Positions 40,414 through 50,204 of a stretch of DNA of 64,000 nucleotides are shown one piece after another. The translations under genes were made by a program, and so were the position numbers. Below the pieces are notes generated by a model. That model searched no databases. It saw only the letters and a list, made by a program, of their open reading frames with translations, and was not told the DNA's origin. Origin of the DNA: an uncultured Dehalococcoidia bacterium (GTDB lineage: Bacteria > Chloroflexota > Dehalococcoidia > Lucifugimonadales > GCA-2712585); contig CAYTPK010000007.1 of assembly GCA_964439905.1 (NCBI GenBank), forward strand, positions 68,539-132,538, given 5' to 3'. The number at the start of each line of letters is the position of its first letter. Positions within the stretch are counted from its first letter, which is position 1.

Positions 40414-40569
40414 TTACATCAAGCTCCTTCGAAACTAGGTGGAATTATACGATAGGAACACTCTATTATCAATTTTGATTGTGGGGATTCGTTAGGTTCA
40501 TATGCCAGAGATTGCACTTTATTTCAGTCTCTGATAAAGTCACCCTCGTTAGATGGTTCATGGGTTATG

Positions 40570-40668
40570 CCTTTAATCTAGTCCAGTGAGGCTGGCAAGG
40601 GAATTGAAGATCGAACAATATCTCGTTAAGTTCTGCCCCCTTGCTACACAGGAAAGGGGGTCTTTTTT
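40570..40668 (+). promoter_or_regulatory. PyrR-binding transcription attenuator (pyr leader)
   Basis: AGUCCAGUGAGGCUGGCAAGGG at 40580..40601 has one mismatch to the PyrR loop consensus RUCCAGAGAGGYU. A terminator follows. AAGGG (40597..40601) can pair either with CCTT upstream or with CCCTT of the terminator 5' arm, as in the classical anti-antiterminator scheme. Confidence 0.75.
40636..40668 (+). terminator. Intrinsic terminator of the pyr attenuator
   Basis: CCCCCTT (40636..40642) pairs with AAGGGGG (40654..40660) across an 11-nt loop. TCTTTTTT follows and ends directly at the GTG start of pyrR. Confidence 0.7.
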
Positions 40669-41226
40669 GTGTCAATTCGGGATGCGCGACAAGAAAAAAT
40701 CGTCATAAACTCCGATGATTTTAGGAGAGTACTGTCACGTATTGCTCATCAAATCATAGAATCACAAAAAGGTATAAAGAATCTCATCCTAGCAGGTATA
40801 CCAACCAGGGGAGCAATACTTGCCCAAAGACTAGCCAAAAATATCAAGTTATTTGAGGGAGAAGAGGTTGGTGTAGCTACTTTGGATATTACGGCTTTTA
40901 GGGACGATTTGGATTGTGGACGGGATTTGACTTCTCATATAACCAAATCTGCAATTGATGTGGATGGAATGAATGTAGTATTGGTCGACGATGTACTATT
41001 TACAGGTCGTAGTGCTCGTGCGGCTTTAGACGCGCTAACTTATAGCGGTAGACCAAATAAAGTCCAATTTGCGGTTTTTATAGATCGTGGTCATCGCGAG
41101 TTACCCATTAGAGCTGACTATGTTGGGAAGAACATGCCCACGTCGGTTTCAGAAAGGGTACAGGTCCTCGTCAATGAGATTGATGGACGGGACGAGGTTA
41201 TTCTAATAAGGCCTGAAACTAGATAA
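40669..41226 (+). CDS. pyrR: Bifunctional pyr mRNA-binding attenuation protein / uracil phosphoribosyltransferase
   Basis: RVLSRIAHQIIE, VVLVDDVLFTGRSARAALDAL (PRPP-binding) and FIDRGHRELPIRADYVG motifs. GTG start. Confidence 0.93.
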   Translation: MSIRDARQEKIVINSDDFRRVLSRIAHQIIESQKGIKNLILAGIPTRGAILAQRLAKNIKLFEGEEVGVATLDITAFRDDLDCGRDLTSHITKSAIDVDGMNVVLVDDVLFTGRSARAALDALTYSGRPNKVQFAVFIDRGHRELPIRADYVGKNMPTSVSERVQVLVNEIDGRDEVILIRPETR

Positions 41227-42260
41227 TGTACAGGAATTCTTTAACTGAAATGAGAGATTTAGAGATCCGAGAAATCATGGATATTCTGGATCTCGCGGCT
41301 CAATTTAAGTCAGATATCAGAGGGCATAGAAATATGGCCCAGGGTGTATTAATGGCTAGTCTTTTTCTTGAACCGAGTACTCGTACCAGAGGTTCTTTTG
41401 AAGCAGCGATGAAACGATTAGGAGGGGATACTATTACCACTACAGATTTTAAATCCTCCTCAATGGAAAAAGGAGAAACATTTGATGATTCTATAAAGAT
41501 ATGGGGAAATTACTGCGATATCATAGTACTCCGTCATCAGGAGTCGGGAGCCCCGAGAGAAGCCGCCGATATATCTTCTGTCCCGATCATAAATGCGGGG
41601 GACGGAAAAAACGAACACCCCACGCAAGCCTTATGTGATTTGTTAACTTTGAAACACGAATTTGGAACTCTTGAAGGATTAAATGTTGCTATTTGCGGAG
41701 ATCTGAGCAATGGACGTACGGTTCACTCCCTGGCCTATGGGCTTCTACTTTTAGGCAACTCTGTAACATTTGTTCCGGCAAAAGGCCTGGATCTGACGAA
41801 CACGACAAAGAAATATCTTGTAGACCATTTTGGTGTTGCTATTCATGACCTGCCATCCACGCGGGAAGGATATAGTGATCTTTTTGAAGGAGATTATGAC
41901 GGAAAGGCCTACATGCTCCATAAACCGAGATCAGGATATAGGGAATATGATGAAAAGAATACAAGTTTAAATACTGACCCTAGACCGGTTGCTCTTTATT
42001 TCACAAGATGCCAAACAGAAAGAGGTTCTTCCCAGAGCGAAATTGGATATCCGAAAGTAAACCAGAATAATTTAGAGACAGAATTCCTCTCGAGGGCCAT
42101 AGTTATGCACCCTTTACCAAGGCTCGATGAAGTGTCAGTTGACCTTGATCGACATCCAAGGAGTAGATATTTCGAACAAGCTTCTAATGGAGTGCCTACG
42201 AGGATGGCATTGATTTGTTTAATGCTAGGGTTAAAACCTTGGTCAAGCGTGGCTGCATAA
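41226..42260 (+). CDS. pyrB: Aspartate carbamoyltransferase catalytic subunit (with ~35-aa insertion)
   Basis: STRTR, HPTQ and HPLPR motifs. The ATG overlaps the pyrR TAA (TAATG). At 344 aa it is longer than the ~305-310 aa I recall as typical. Confidence 0.93.
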   Translation: MYRNSLTEMRDLEIREIMDILDLAAQFKSDIRGHRNMAQGVLMASLFLEPSTRTRGSFEAAMKRLGGDTITTTDFKSSSMEKGETFDDSIKIWGNYCDIIVLRHQESGAPREAADISSVPIINAGDGKNEHPTQALCDLLTLKHEFGTLEGLNVAICGDLSNGRTVHSLAYGLLLLGNSVTFVPAKGLDLTNTTKKYLVDHFGVAIHDLPSTREGYSDLFEGDYDGKAYMLHKPRSGYREYDEKNTSLNTDPRPVALYFTRCQTERGSSQSEIGYPKVNQNNLETEFLSRAIVMHPLPRLDEVSVDLDRHPRSRYFEQASNGVPTRMALICLMLGLKPWSSVAA

Positions 42261-43369
42261 TGGCATCATCTGCATTTTTGATATTAGAAGATGGGGCGGT
42301 TTTTCCCGGTATTGCTTTTGGCTTCAATAGCAGAGAAATTGGCGAAGTTGTTTTCAACACTACAATGACAGGATACCAGGAAGTATTGACAGATCCTTCG
42401 TACAGTGGGCAGATAGTTGTCCTAACTTATCCCCTCATTGGGAACTATGGGATAAATAATCGACACAGTGAATCTAATAGGGTCCAAGTATCAGGATTTG
42501 TTGTGAGGGAACAATGTGAGACGCCTAGTAATGGAACAAGCACTGAAACTTTACATGAATTCCTGGTTTCTCAACGTGTACCAGGAATCTATGGAGTTGA
42601 TACCAGGGCAATAACCAGGAGATTGAGGTCCCATGGTGTGATGATGGGGGCTCTTACTCATGGCTCTGTAGAAGCTGCAAAAAAGGCTCTTAGTAATTCA
42701 GCCCGTTATGATGATCGGGATTTTATTAAGGTAGTGACGGCCAGTAAAGAGTATAGATGGGGAACTTCCATTGACGATAATATGCCGAAATACCGTGTAA
42801 TGGTTTATGACTATGGGCTGAAATACAACATATTGCGATTATTAGAAGCCCGTGGATGCGATGTTCTGGTAGTACCATCTGAAACGCCTGCTAATGAAAT
42901 ACTAAATGCAAACGTAGATGGCGTGCTTCTATCTCCAGGTCCAGGAGATCCGCTTTTATTAGATTACTTAGTAGAAAATACAAAGAGACTTCTGGGCCAT
43001 ATTCCTATAATGGGGATTTGCTTGGGTCATCAAATAGCGGCAAGAGCTTTAGGTGCGAAGACGTTCAAATTGAAATTTGGGCATAGGGGTGGAAACCATC
43101 CCGTGAAAGATCTTAGCACAGGCCGTGTTTATATTACTTCGCAAAATCATGGATATGCGATTGATGCATCAACGTTGGATCCAGGATGCCAGGTGAGCCA
43201 CGTTAGCCTTAATGATGATACGGTGGAAGGATTAGTTCACCGACAGATACCTTTGATATCAATACAATATCACTCGGAGGCTTCACCTGGTCCACTTGAT
43301 AACGAATATATGTTTGATCGCTTCCTAGGGTTAATGGAAGCACAAAAATTCGGAAAAGGAGGAATGTAA
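42260..43369 (+). CDS. carA: Carbamoyl-phosphate synthase small (glutaminase) subunit
   Basis: FNTTMTGYQE, GICLGHQ (catalytic Cys) and QYHSEASPGP motifs. The ATG overlaps the pyrB TAA (TAATG). The tracked start 42215 is an upstream extension. Confidence 0.95.
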   Translation: MASSAFLILEDGAVFPGIAFGFNSREIGEVVFNTTMTGYQEVLTDPSYSGQIVVLTYPLIGNYGINNRHSESNRVQVSGFVVREQCETPSNGTSTETLHEFLVSQRVPGIYGVDTRAITRRLRSHGVMMGALTHGSVEAAKKALSNSARYDDRDFIKVVTASKEYRWGTSIDDNMPKYRVMVYDYGLKYNILRLLEARGCDVLVVPSETPANEILNANVDGVLLSPGPGDPLLLDYLVENTKRLLGHIPIMGICLGHQIAARALGAKTFKLKFGHRGGNHPVKDLSTGRVYITSQNHGYAIDASTLDPGCQVSHVSLNDDTVEGLVHRQIPLISIQYHSEASPGPLDNEYMFDRFLGLMEAQKFGKGGM

Positions 43370-43465
43370 GCATCTTGAAGGAATGGTCAGGAAAAAGCCA
43401 CAATAGGCCTACTTCCCTTGGAAGTTCAACCTGTGGTTACAATTCCCAATTAATGGAGATGACTA

Positions 43466-43876
43466 ATGTTTGGCCAATTTCTTCTTGAACAAGGTGTAGA
43501 GATTGAATTGCCGGTCGGAATCAATAGTGTTTTGGGTTTTTTAGATGAAGAGATCCCGAAATTCAGGCACAAAGAATATTGTTATGATTTAAGTTCATGT
43601 AAGAGTGACCTTAAAACAGAGTGGCAATTCACTGTAGAGGCGCAAATGTTCGAAAAATCAGGGGCCAAAATGCTGTTAATCGCCGTATTGGTTCTGGAGA
43701 AGATGGATGATTTGACCACATCAGTTAAAATTCCACCCGTGATCGAAGGCCGCAAGAAACAGGAAGGACCATCGGATAACGATATTGAATTGTTTTCCAG
43801 TTTCGTCTTTCAACTGTTGAATGGTTTTAGATCTAAGGGATTTAGTTCCATGCCAGAAGCGCTTCCTGTAGTCTAA
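43466..43876 (+). CDS. Hypothetical protein (orphan ORF between carA and carB)
   Basis: 136-aa ORF on the operon strand that fills most of the carA-carB gap. GGAGATGA lies just upstream of the ATG. I recognise no motif. Confidence 0.45.
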   Translation: MFGQFLLEQGVEIELPVGINSVLGFLDEEIPKFRHKEYCYDLSSCKSDLKTEWQFTVEAQMFEKSGAKMLLIAVLVLEKMDDLTTSVKIPPVIEGRKKQEGPSDNDIELFSSFVFQLLNGFRSKGFSSMPEALPVV

Positions 43877-43988
43877 GCCAACTTAGTTAGATTTCAGGTC
43901 ACTATCAGCCGAATTCCGGTCCGTGTATAACTGGGCCCTAGATCTCTTAGCCTTGGTTTTGTTTGCTAATTAACGTTAGAGGAATGAT

Positions 43989-46900
43989 ATGGCTGATAAA
44001 CAGAAGATACTTGTTATTGGGTCAGGACCCATAGTTATTGGACAAGCTGCCGAATTCGATTACGCGGGCACACAGGCTTGTAAATCGTTGAGAGAGGAAG
44101 GGTTATACACAATATTAGTAAATTCTAACCCTGCTACCATAATGACTGATCTGGATGTGGCTGATTCGGTATACATAGAACCTCTGACGGTTGAAGTCCT
44201 TGAGCGCATCATAATTAAAGAGAAGCCGGACGGTATCCTACCAACTCTTGGCGGACAAACAGGTTTAAATCTAGCTGTGGAACTTTCTGATAAGGGAATT
44301 CTTGCCAAATACGATATTGATTTATTAGGTACGCCTATTGATGCGATAAAAACGGCAGAAGACCGCGCTGGGTTCAACCTTTTATTAAAGGATATAGGAG
44401 AGCCGTTATCAGCGAGTGTAACGGCTATGTCTTGGGAAGACGCATTATATGGACTAGGCCAGCTGGGCCTTCCATTAGTCATAAGACCGGCTTATACGCT
44501 AGGTGGTACGGGCGGTGGGTTGGCTAGAACTGAAGAAGAATTTGAGCGCATCGCGAAAGAAGGCTTGGCTGCAAGTCCTATACAACAAATATTGCTTGAA
44601 CGATCACTAGAAGGCTGGCGAGAAATAGAATACGAAGTTATGAGGGATGCCGCTGATAATTGTATAACAGTGTGTAATATGGAGAATTTGGATCCGATGG
44701 GTGTTCATACTGGTGATAGTATCGTAGTTGCACCTAGTCAAACTCTCACAGATAAAGAATATCAAATGCTTAGATCAGCTAGCCTGAGAATTATAAGAGC
44801 TTTGGGTATAGAGGGAGGGTGTAATGTTCAATATGCGTTACGTCCACACCCGATTGTGTCGGCCAGCTTTCATAGTGATTGGACTCCAGAAAGCCCTTAT
44901 TATGTTATAGAAGTGAACCCAAGAGTTAGTAGAAGTTCAGCTTTAGCTAGTAAAGCGACTGGTTATCCAATCGCCAGGGTTGCGGCTAAACTTGCGATAG
45001 GTAAACGACTGGATGAGATACCTAACGCTGTTACAAAGATAACATCTTCGGCCTTCGAGCCCACTCTTGATTATTGTGTAGTTAAAATCCCACGTTGGCC
45101 CTTTGATAAATTTCCTGATGGCAATAGGAACCTATCAACCCAAATGAAAGCCACTGGTGAAGTAATGGCTATAGAGAGATCGTTTGAGGCAGCCCTGCAA
45201 AAAGCAGTGCGGTCCGTAGAATATGAAGGCAAGAGCCTCTTGTGGGAAAACGGAGACTGGATAAACGATGATAAATTTGTTGCCTGGGAATTTATCAAAG
45301 GCGCCACTGATTTTAGATTGTGGGTACTTATGGCGGCTCTTAGAAGGCATGTGTCTCCTGAAGAATTGAGTCGGATTAGCGGTATAGATATTTGGTTTTT
45401 ATCGGCGTTAAGACGAATCGTTGATATGGAGAGGTCTTTACTTAAGGGAAATCTAACACCCCAGCTATTGTGGGAAGCAAAGCGTAAAGGATTTACTGAT
45501 GAACAAATTGGGGCTTTATCTGATCACTTACCCGATAAAGTGAGAGATCTCAGGAAATATTGGGGTATTACCCCAGTTTATAAAATGGTAGACACCTGTG
45601 CTGCGGAATTTGAGGCAGCTACACCTTATTACTACAGTACTTACGATTCCGAGAATGAAGCTCTGCCACTGAAGGGAAATAAGACTATCGTAATTGGTAG
45701 TGGTCCGATTCGTATAGGACAGGGGATCGAGTTTGATTATTGCAGTGTTCATGCTGCTTGGGCATTAAGAGATGAGGATACCAAGAGTATCATGATTAAT
45801 TCTAATCCGGAAACTGTATCCACAGATTTTGACACGAGTGATCGTTTGTACTTTGAGCCCTTAGATGAAGAAGCTCTTTTAGATGTCATAGAAAATGAAG
45901 AATTCAATAATGTTAGCCCTTCCACCATTGTTCAATTTGGAGGGCAAACTGCTATAGATCTTTCGCAACAGATCCACCGCGTTGGCTATCCCATATTGGG
46001 ATCTAGTGCGGAATCGATAGATATCGCCTCTGATCGGAGGCGGTTCGAAGAGTTTTTGTCGCGGCTTGATATTCCTCAACCACCGGGTGCTTCAGTTACC
46101 TCAAAAAGAGAAGCTCTCATGGTGGCGGAAAACATTACATACCCGGTGGTAGTCCGTCCAAGTTATGTCCTAGGCGGAAGAGCCATGGAAGTGATTTATA
46201 GTCCGAATGAGTTGGGAAAATACTTAAGTGGGAATACAGCATTTACTTCGGACAGATCAATTCTTGTCGATCACTACATGGAAGGAAAAGAATGTGAGGT
46301 TGATGCTATTTGCGACGGCGAGACCGTGCTTATACCAGGAATTATGGAACATATTGAGCGTGCTGGAGTCCATAGTGGAGATTCAATATCGATATATCCT
46401 GGTATTAATCTTACTGAAAAGGAAGTCACCACCATAGTTGATTACACTACCCGTATAGCGTTGGCTTTAGGGGTTAAGGGACTCATGAATGTGCAATTTG
46501 TGATTGTAGGGGGACCGCCTTATAGGAGTCCAAACCAACCTAGAAAAGAAATATCCAATACTACTGTATATGTATTGGAAGTTAATTTAAGGTCTAGTCG
46601 CACGGTCCCGTTCCTGTCAAAGGTTACTGGTATTCCAATGGTCAATTTGGCTACGCGGGTGGTTTTAGGCAAGAAACTAACAGAATTAGGGTATGGGAAT
46701 GGTCTTTGGCCAAGAAGAAAGTTGGTAGCAGTTAAAGCGCCCGTTTTTTCCATGTCGAAATTAATTGGAGTTGATTGGTATTTAGGGCCAGAGATGAAGT
46801 CTACTGGAGAGGTGATGGGAATTGATTATGAGTTTGATTCAGCTTTAATTAAAGCTTTGATGGCATCCAATATGACGTTATCATCAAGCGCATCTGTTCT

Positions 46901-47294
46901 TGTGAGCGTTGCTGATCGAGATAAGCACGATGCGGGAAAGTTGGTAGAGAAATTATTGGAAGCGGGCTGTTCTATATATGCTACTGAAGGGACGGCGGAG
47001 ATGATTAAGAAACTCGGAGGAAAAGTTACCCTGATCACGAAGAAATTAGATCAAGGATATCCTACTGTTGTTGATGTGATAAGAGAAGGTACCGTGAGTG
47101 CTGTAATAAACACGGTTTCTGATTCTGCGAAGACGCTTAGGGACGGTTTCTACATAAGACGCGCCGCCGCAGAGCACAGGATACCATGTTACACTTCTCT
47201 GGATACGGCGAATGTTGCAGCCGAGAGTTTGCTCATACCTTCAGATAAGTTCAATGTCGAATCTATGAACACGTATCTCGGCATAGAATCGTAG
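43989..47294 (+). CDS. carB: Carbamoyl-phosphate synthase large subunit
   Basis: 1101 aa with duplicated ATP-grasp halves (two IGSGPI.IGQ..EFDY segments) and a C-terminal MGS-like domain. Confidence 0.97.
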   Translation: MADKQKILVIGSGPIVIGQAAEFDYAGTQACKSLREEGLYTILVNSNPATIMTDLDVADSVYIEPLTVEVLERIIIKEKPDGILPTLGGQTGLNLAVELSDKGILAKYDIDLLGTPIDAIKTAEDRAGFNLLLKDIGEPLSASVTAMSWEDALYGLGQLGLPLVIRPAYTLGGTGGGLARTEEEFERIAKEGLAASPIQQILLERSLEGWREIEYEVMRDAADNCITVCNMENLDPMGVHTGDSIVVAPSQTLTDKEYQMLRSASLRIIRALGIEGGCNVQYALRPHPIVSASFHSDWTPESPYYVIEVNPRVSRSSALASKATGYPIARVAAKLAIGKRLDEIPNAVTKITSSAFEPTLDYCVVKIPRWPFDKFPDGNRNLSTQMKATGEVMAIERSFEAALQKAVRSVEYEGKSLLWENGDWINDDKFVAWEFIKGATDFRLWVLMAALRRHVSPEELSRISGIDIWFLSALRRIVDMERSLLKGNLTPQLLWEAKRKGFTDEQIGALSDHLPDKVRDLRKYWGITPVYKMVDTCAAEFEAATPYYYSTYDSENEALPLKGNKTIVIGSGPIRIGQGIEFDYCSVHAAWALRDEDTKSIMINSNPETVSTDFDTSDRLYFEPLDEEALLDVIENEEFNNVSPSTIVQFGGQTAIDLSQQIHRVGYPILGSSAESIDIASDRRRFEEFLSRLDIPQPPGASVTSKREALMVAENITYPVVVRPSYVLGGRAMEVIYSPNELGKYLSGNTAFTSDRSILVDHYMEGKECEVDAICDGETVLIPGIMEHIERAGVHSGDSISIYPGINLTEKEVTTIVDYTTRIALALGVKGLMNVQFVIVGGPPYRSPNQPRKEISNTTVYVLEVNLRSSRTVPFLSKVTGIPMVNLATRVVLGKKLTELGYGNGLWPRRKLVAVKAPVFSMSKLIGVDWYLGPEMKSTGEVMGIDYEFDSALIKALMASNMTLSSSASVLVSVADRDKHDAGKLVEKLLEAGCSIYATEGTAEMIKKLGGKVTLITKKLDQGYPTVVDVIREGTVSAVINTVSDSAKTLRDGFYIRRAAAEHRIPCYTSLDTANVAAESLLIPSDKFNVESMNTYLGIES

Positions 47295-47399
47295 GTTCGC
47301 CATTCTTTTCCCCTTGATTACCGCATTGTATGCATACCTATGTGGATAAGAGTACTAATTTTTGCAGTACATAGTTCTATTATGATAATTTAAAGTCAA

Positions 47400-48119
47400 A
47401 TGACGATTTCTATAGATATAGTTATACCCGTACTTAATGAACAATCCGCGCTCCCCATATGTATTGAGAAATTGACGGGTTTTTGCAAGGAGAACCTAAA
47501 ACAATATTCAACACAAATTGTAATTGCTGATAATGGTTCTACAGACCTAACCAGAAAGGTTGCCGAACAATTGAGCAAACAATACAGTAACGTGTCTTAT
47601 CTTCATATTCCGGTACGAGGTAGAGGTCTAGCTTTGCGAACTTCCTGGCTGAAAAGCGAGGCAGATCTGGTCGGTTATATGGACGTAGATCTTTCCACTG
47701 GATTAGATGCCTTACCCAGAATAGTTGGTTCTATCGTAGACGACGGGTACGACATAGGGATAGGAGGTAGACTTAGCCCTAGTTCTGAAACTAGTCGTTC
47801 TTATAGGAGAGAGATAATTTCCCGGGTTTATAATTTTATTATTAAGGCTCTATTTTTCGTGCCGTTTAATGACGCACAGTGTGGGTTCAAATTTTTAACG
47901 AAACAAGCGGCGCAAAAACTCGTCCCTGCGATAAAAAATAACCATTGGTTTTTTGATACCGAGCTTTTAGTAATAGGATGTAAAAGAGGATATAAGATTA
48001 TAGAAACTCCAGTAACATGGCTCGAAGACAAAGACACTCGTGTGAAGATCTTTAAAACGGTTCTCGAAGATCTGTCTGGTCTTTTGAGATTGAGGCTAGG
48101 GGGAATACCCAAAATTTGA
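47400..48119 (+). CDS. Family-2 glycosyltransferase (polyprenyl-phosphate glycosyltransferase-like)
   Basis: VIPVLNE, ADNGSTD and YMDVDLST (DxD) motifs in a soluble ~240-aa form. Confidence 0.85.
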   Translation: MTISIDIVIPVLNEQSALPICIEKLTGFCKENLKQYSTQIVIADNGSTDLTRKVAEQLSKQYSNVSYLHIPVRGRGLALRTSWLKSEADLVGYMDVDLSTGLDALPRIVGSIVDDGYDIGIGGRLSPSSETSRSYRREIISRVYNFIIKALFFVPFNDAQCGFKFLTKQAAQKLVPAIKNNHWFFDTELLVIGCKRGYKIIETPVTWLEDKDTRVKIFKTVLEDLSGLLRLRLGGIPKI

Positions 48120-48138
48120 TGGATATATAAAAACGATC

Positions 48139-49581
48139 CTATATGGACGATTTGTCGAAGGTGATTTTCACTGCTTCCGCAGAATCGTGTCGAACTTTCG
48201 ATATGTCTGAGAGTCTGTATCCGACTACCCAAAGGATGTTGCCATTGCATTCAAAAAGAGGCACTTTAGGTCGAGATATTCGTGGTATTTTGTTGTCCAC
48301 AAAAAAATCTTGTAATTTTTTTTCATTTCGCATCCCCAAAGGTTGAAAACGATCTCCTGGCTGCCAGGTTTTAATAAATGCAGGGCCCTTTAACACACGA
48401 GGATCCATGTAGGCGGTTAACGGATTAGTTGTAAAACTTGTTGGTTTTTTAACTAGTTCTGTGTTTATAGTCCAACCGTTCATCGTAGTTTGACCATAAA
48501 CGTTGACCATCGTTCGATTATTGAATACCGGCTTTACATTCGGTTCCAATAGGGCTATGGATACGAGAAGATAGTCGTGGTTGGTTACGCAAGTCACCCC
48601 TCCTGGTAAGTTTGTCTTAGCACCTGGAGGTTTATTAATTGTATTAATAACGGCCATTACATGTTTCTGATCGAGTTTTCTAAGTGTTCCAGTCAAGTGC
48701 TTGTAAACCATTCTAATAAGAATATGTTGAATCGCGCCGTCCAATTTTGTGAATCTGGTTTTATCTATATGGACACCGTTTGGATAGACTGTTGTTACTT
48801 TATCCCAAGCTATAAAAGCTTGGCTTCTAATGTATTCATTTGTTTTTGACGATATATAACCCAATCGCATAATTGAGTTTCTGATTGCTGGATTAATGGT
48901 TTCTAGTAACGGGATCAACTGGTTCCTGACCTTGTTCCTAGTAAATTCATTCATTCTATTACTAGAATCATTACGATATGGTACGCCCAGACCTTCACAA
49001 TAACTTTTACAATTGGTTTTGGTAACTGATAGGAATGGTCGAAAAACTTGCAATTTTATATTATTCCTCGGGCAGCCCCATATGCTAAATTCTTTCATGC
49101 CTTCCAACCCGTCCAGCCCAGAACCTCGAATTATGTGCATCAATATTGTTTCTATTTGATCGTCTGCTGTATGACCAACGGCGACCGCTTGAGCCCCTAC
49201 TCTGGCCGCTACTTTTCCCAAGAATTGATATCGCACTTCTCGTGAGGCTTCCTCGAACGACGAGATGCAATGAAGTTTTTGATATTCAAATGAATCTGCT
49301 TGCTCTACTGTATATGGAAGGTTCAACCTTTTGGCCATAGTTTCTACAAAGGTTGCGTCATCGTGGGCTTCCTCTCCTCTGAAATCATGGTCTAAATGAG
49401 CGACGTGGAGATCCAGATCCCATTCATTTTTGTGAGAAACCAATGAATGCACTAGAGCGGTTGAATCGGGCCCGCCCGATACGGCTACAACTAGTTTGCG
49501 TACTTTGTGCCCGATTGATATCCTGCCCAGCGCGCTGTTAACTGCCACGTCAAGACTAGTAGGCTTTTTTGCTTTATTCAT
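48139..49581 (-). CDS. tilS: tRNA(Ile)-lysidine synthase
   Basis: PP-loop VAVSGGPDSTAL, HLDHDFRGEE, and a C-terminal TilS substrate domain. Confidence 0.9.
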   Translation of the reverse strand: MNKAKKPTSLDVAVNSALGRISIGHKVRKLVVAVSGGPDSTALVHSLVSHKNEWDLDLHVAHLDHDFRGEEAHDDATFVETMAKRLNLPYTVEQADSFEYQKLHCISSFEEASREVRYQFLGKVAARVGAQAVAVGHTADDQIETILMHIIRGSGLDGLEGMKEFSIWGCPRNNIKLQVFRPFLSVTKTNCKSYCEGLGVPYRNDSSNRMNEFTRNKVRNQLIPLLETINPAIRNSIMRLGYISSKTNEYIRSQAFIAWDKVTTVYPNGVHIDKTRFTKLDGAIQHILIRMVYKHLTGTLRKLDQKHVMAVINTINKPPGAKTNLPGGVTCVTNHDYLLVSIALLEPNVKPVFNNRTMVNVYGQTTMNGWTINTELVKKPTSFTTNPLTAYMDPRVLKGPAFIKTWQPGDRFQPLGMRNEKKLQDFFVDNKIPRISRPKVPLFECNGNILWVVGYRLSDISKVRHDSAEAVKITFDKSSI

Positions 49582-50204
49582 GCCGTATCATCATCTAACA
49601 GGTGATTAGTATTGTTCGATGAGATTAATCTCCATTTCTCACATCTCGATTCTATTATGGTAAAGGAAGCTAGGTCTACTTGAAACTGATGAAATCGTGA
49701 CAGTGGAATGTTCAATATATAGCATAGGAATGAAATAATTGCGAAGTTATGGCTCACGATCATGATTGATTTATTAGATGAGCCAATATGTAGTTTGTTC
49801 AATTTTCCTATGATGAGGGACACACGACTCTGGAGTTGTTCCAGAGATTCCCCATTAGGCATTGTCACCAGCGAAGGGTCTGTCCTCCATTGGGAAATGA
49901 GTTTTGGGAACTGTTTGGATACCTGAGTAGATGTCATTCCGTCTAAATCACCAAGATCCAATTCTTTGAGTTCAGAATAGGATCTCATGGGAATCGATAA
50001 AAAGGTTGAGATTATCTCCGCTGTTTGAGTGGCACGATTCAGTGAGCTATGATATAGAGACCCTACTGAAAGGCGTGTGGCGGCCTGTGCCATACGGTGA
50101 GCTTGGGTTATCCCCACCGCATCTAGGGGAATGTCGCAGATTCCCTGAAACCTACCTTCAATATTCCACGAAGTTTGGCCGTGACGGGCCAGTATGATTT
50201 TCAA
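49578..50204 (-). CDS. Histidine phosphatase family protein (phosphoglycerate-mutase-like)
   Basis: The RHG motif in ILARHGQTSWN, plus a downstream SHN segment. It has 4-nt ATGA overlaps with both neighbours. Confidence 0.85.
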   Translation of the reverse strand: MKIILARHGQTSWNIEGRFQGICDIPLDAVGITQAHRMAQAATRLSVGSLYHSSLNRATQTAEIISTFLSIPMRSYSELKELDLGDLDGMTSTQVSKQFPKLISQWRTDPSLVTMPNGESLEQLQSRVSLIIGKLNKLHIGSSNKSIMIVSHNFAIISFLCYILNIPLSRFHQFQVDLASFTIIESRCEKWRLISSNNTNHLLDDDTA

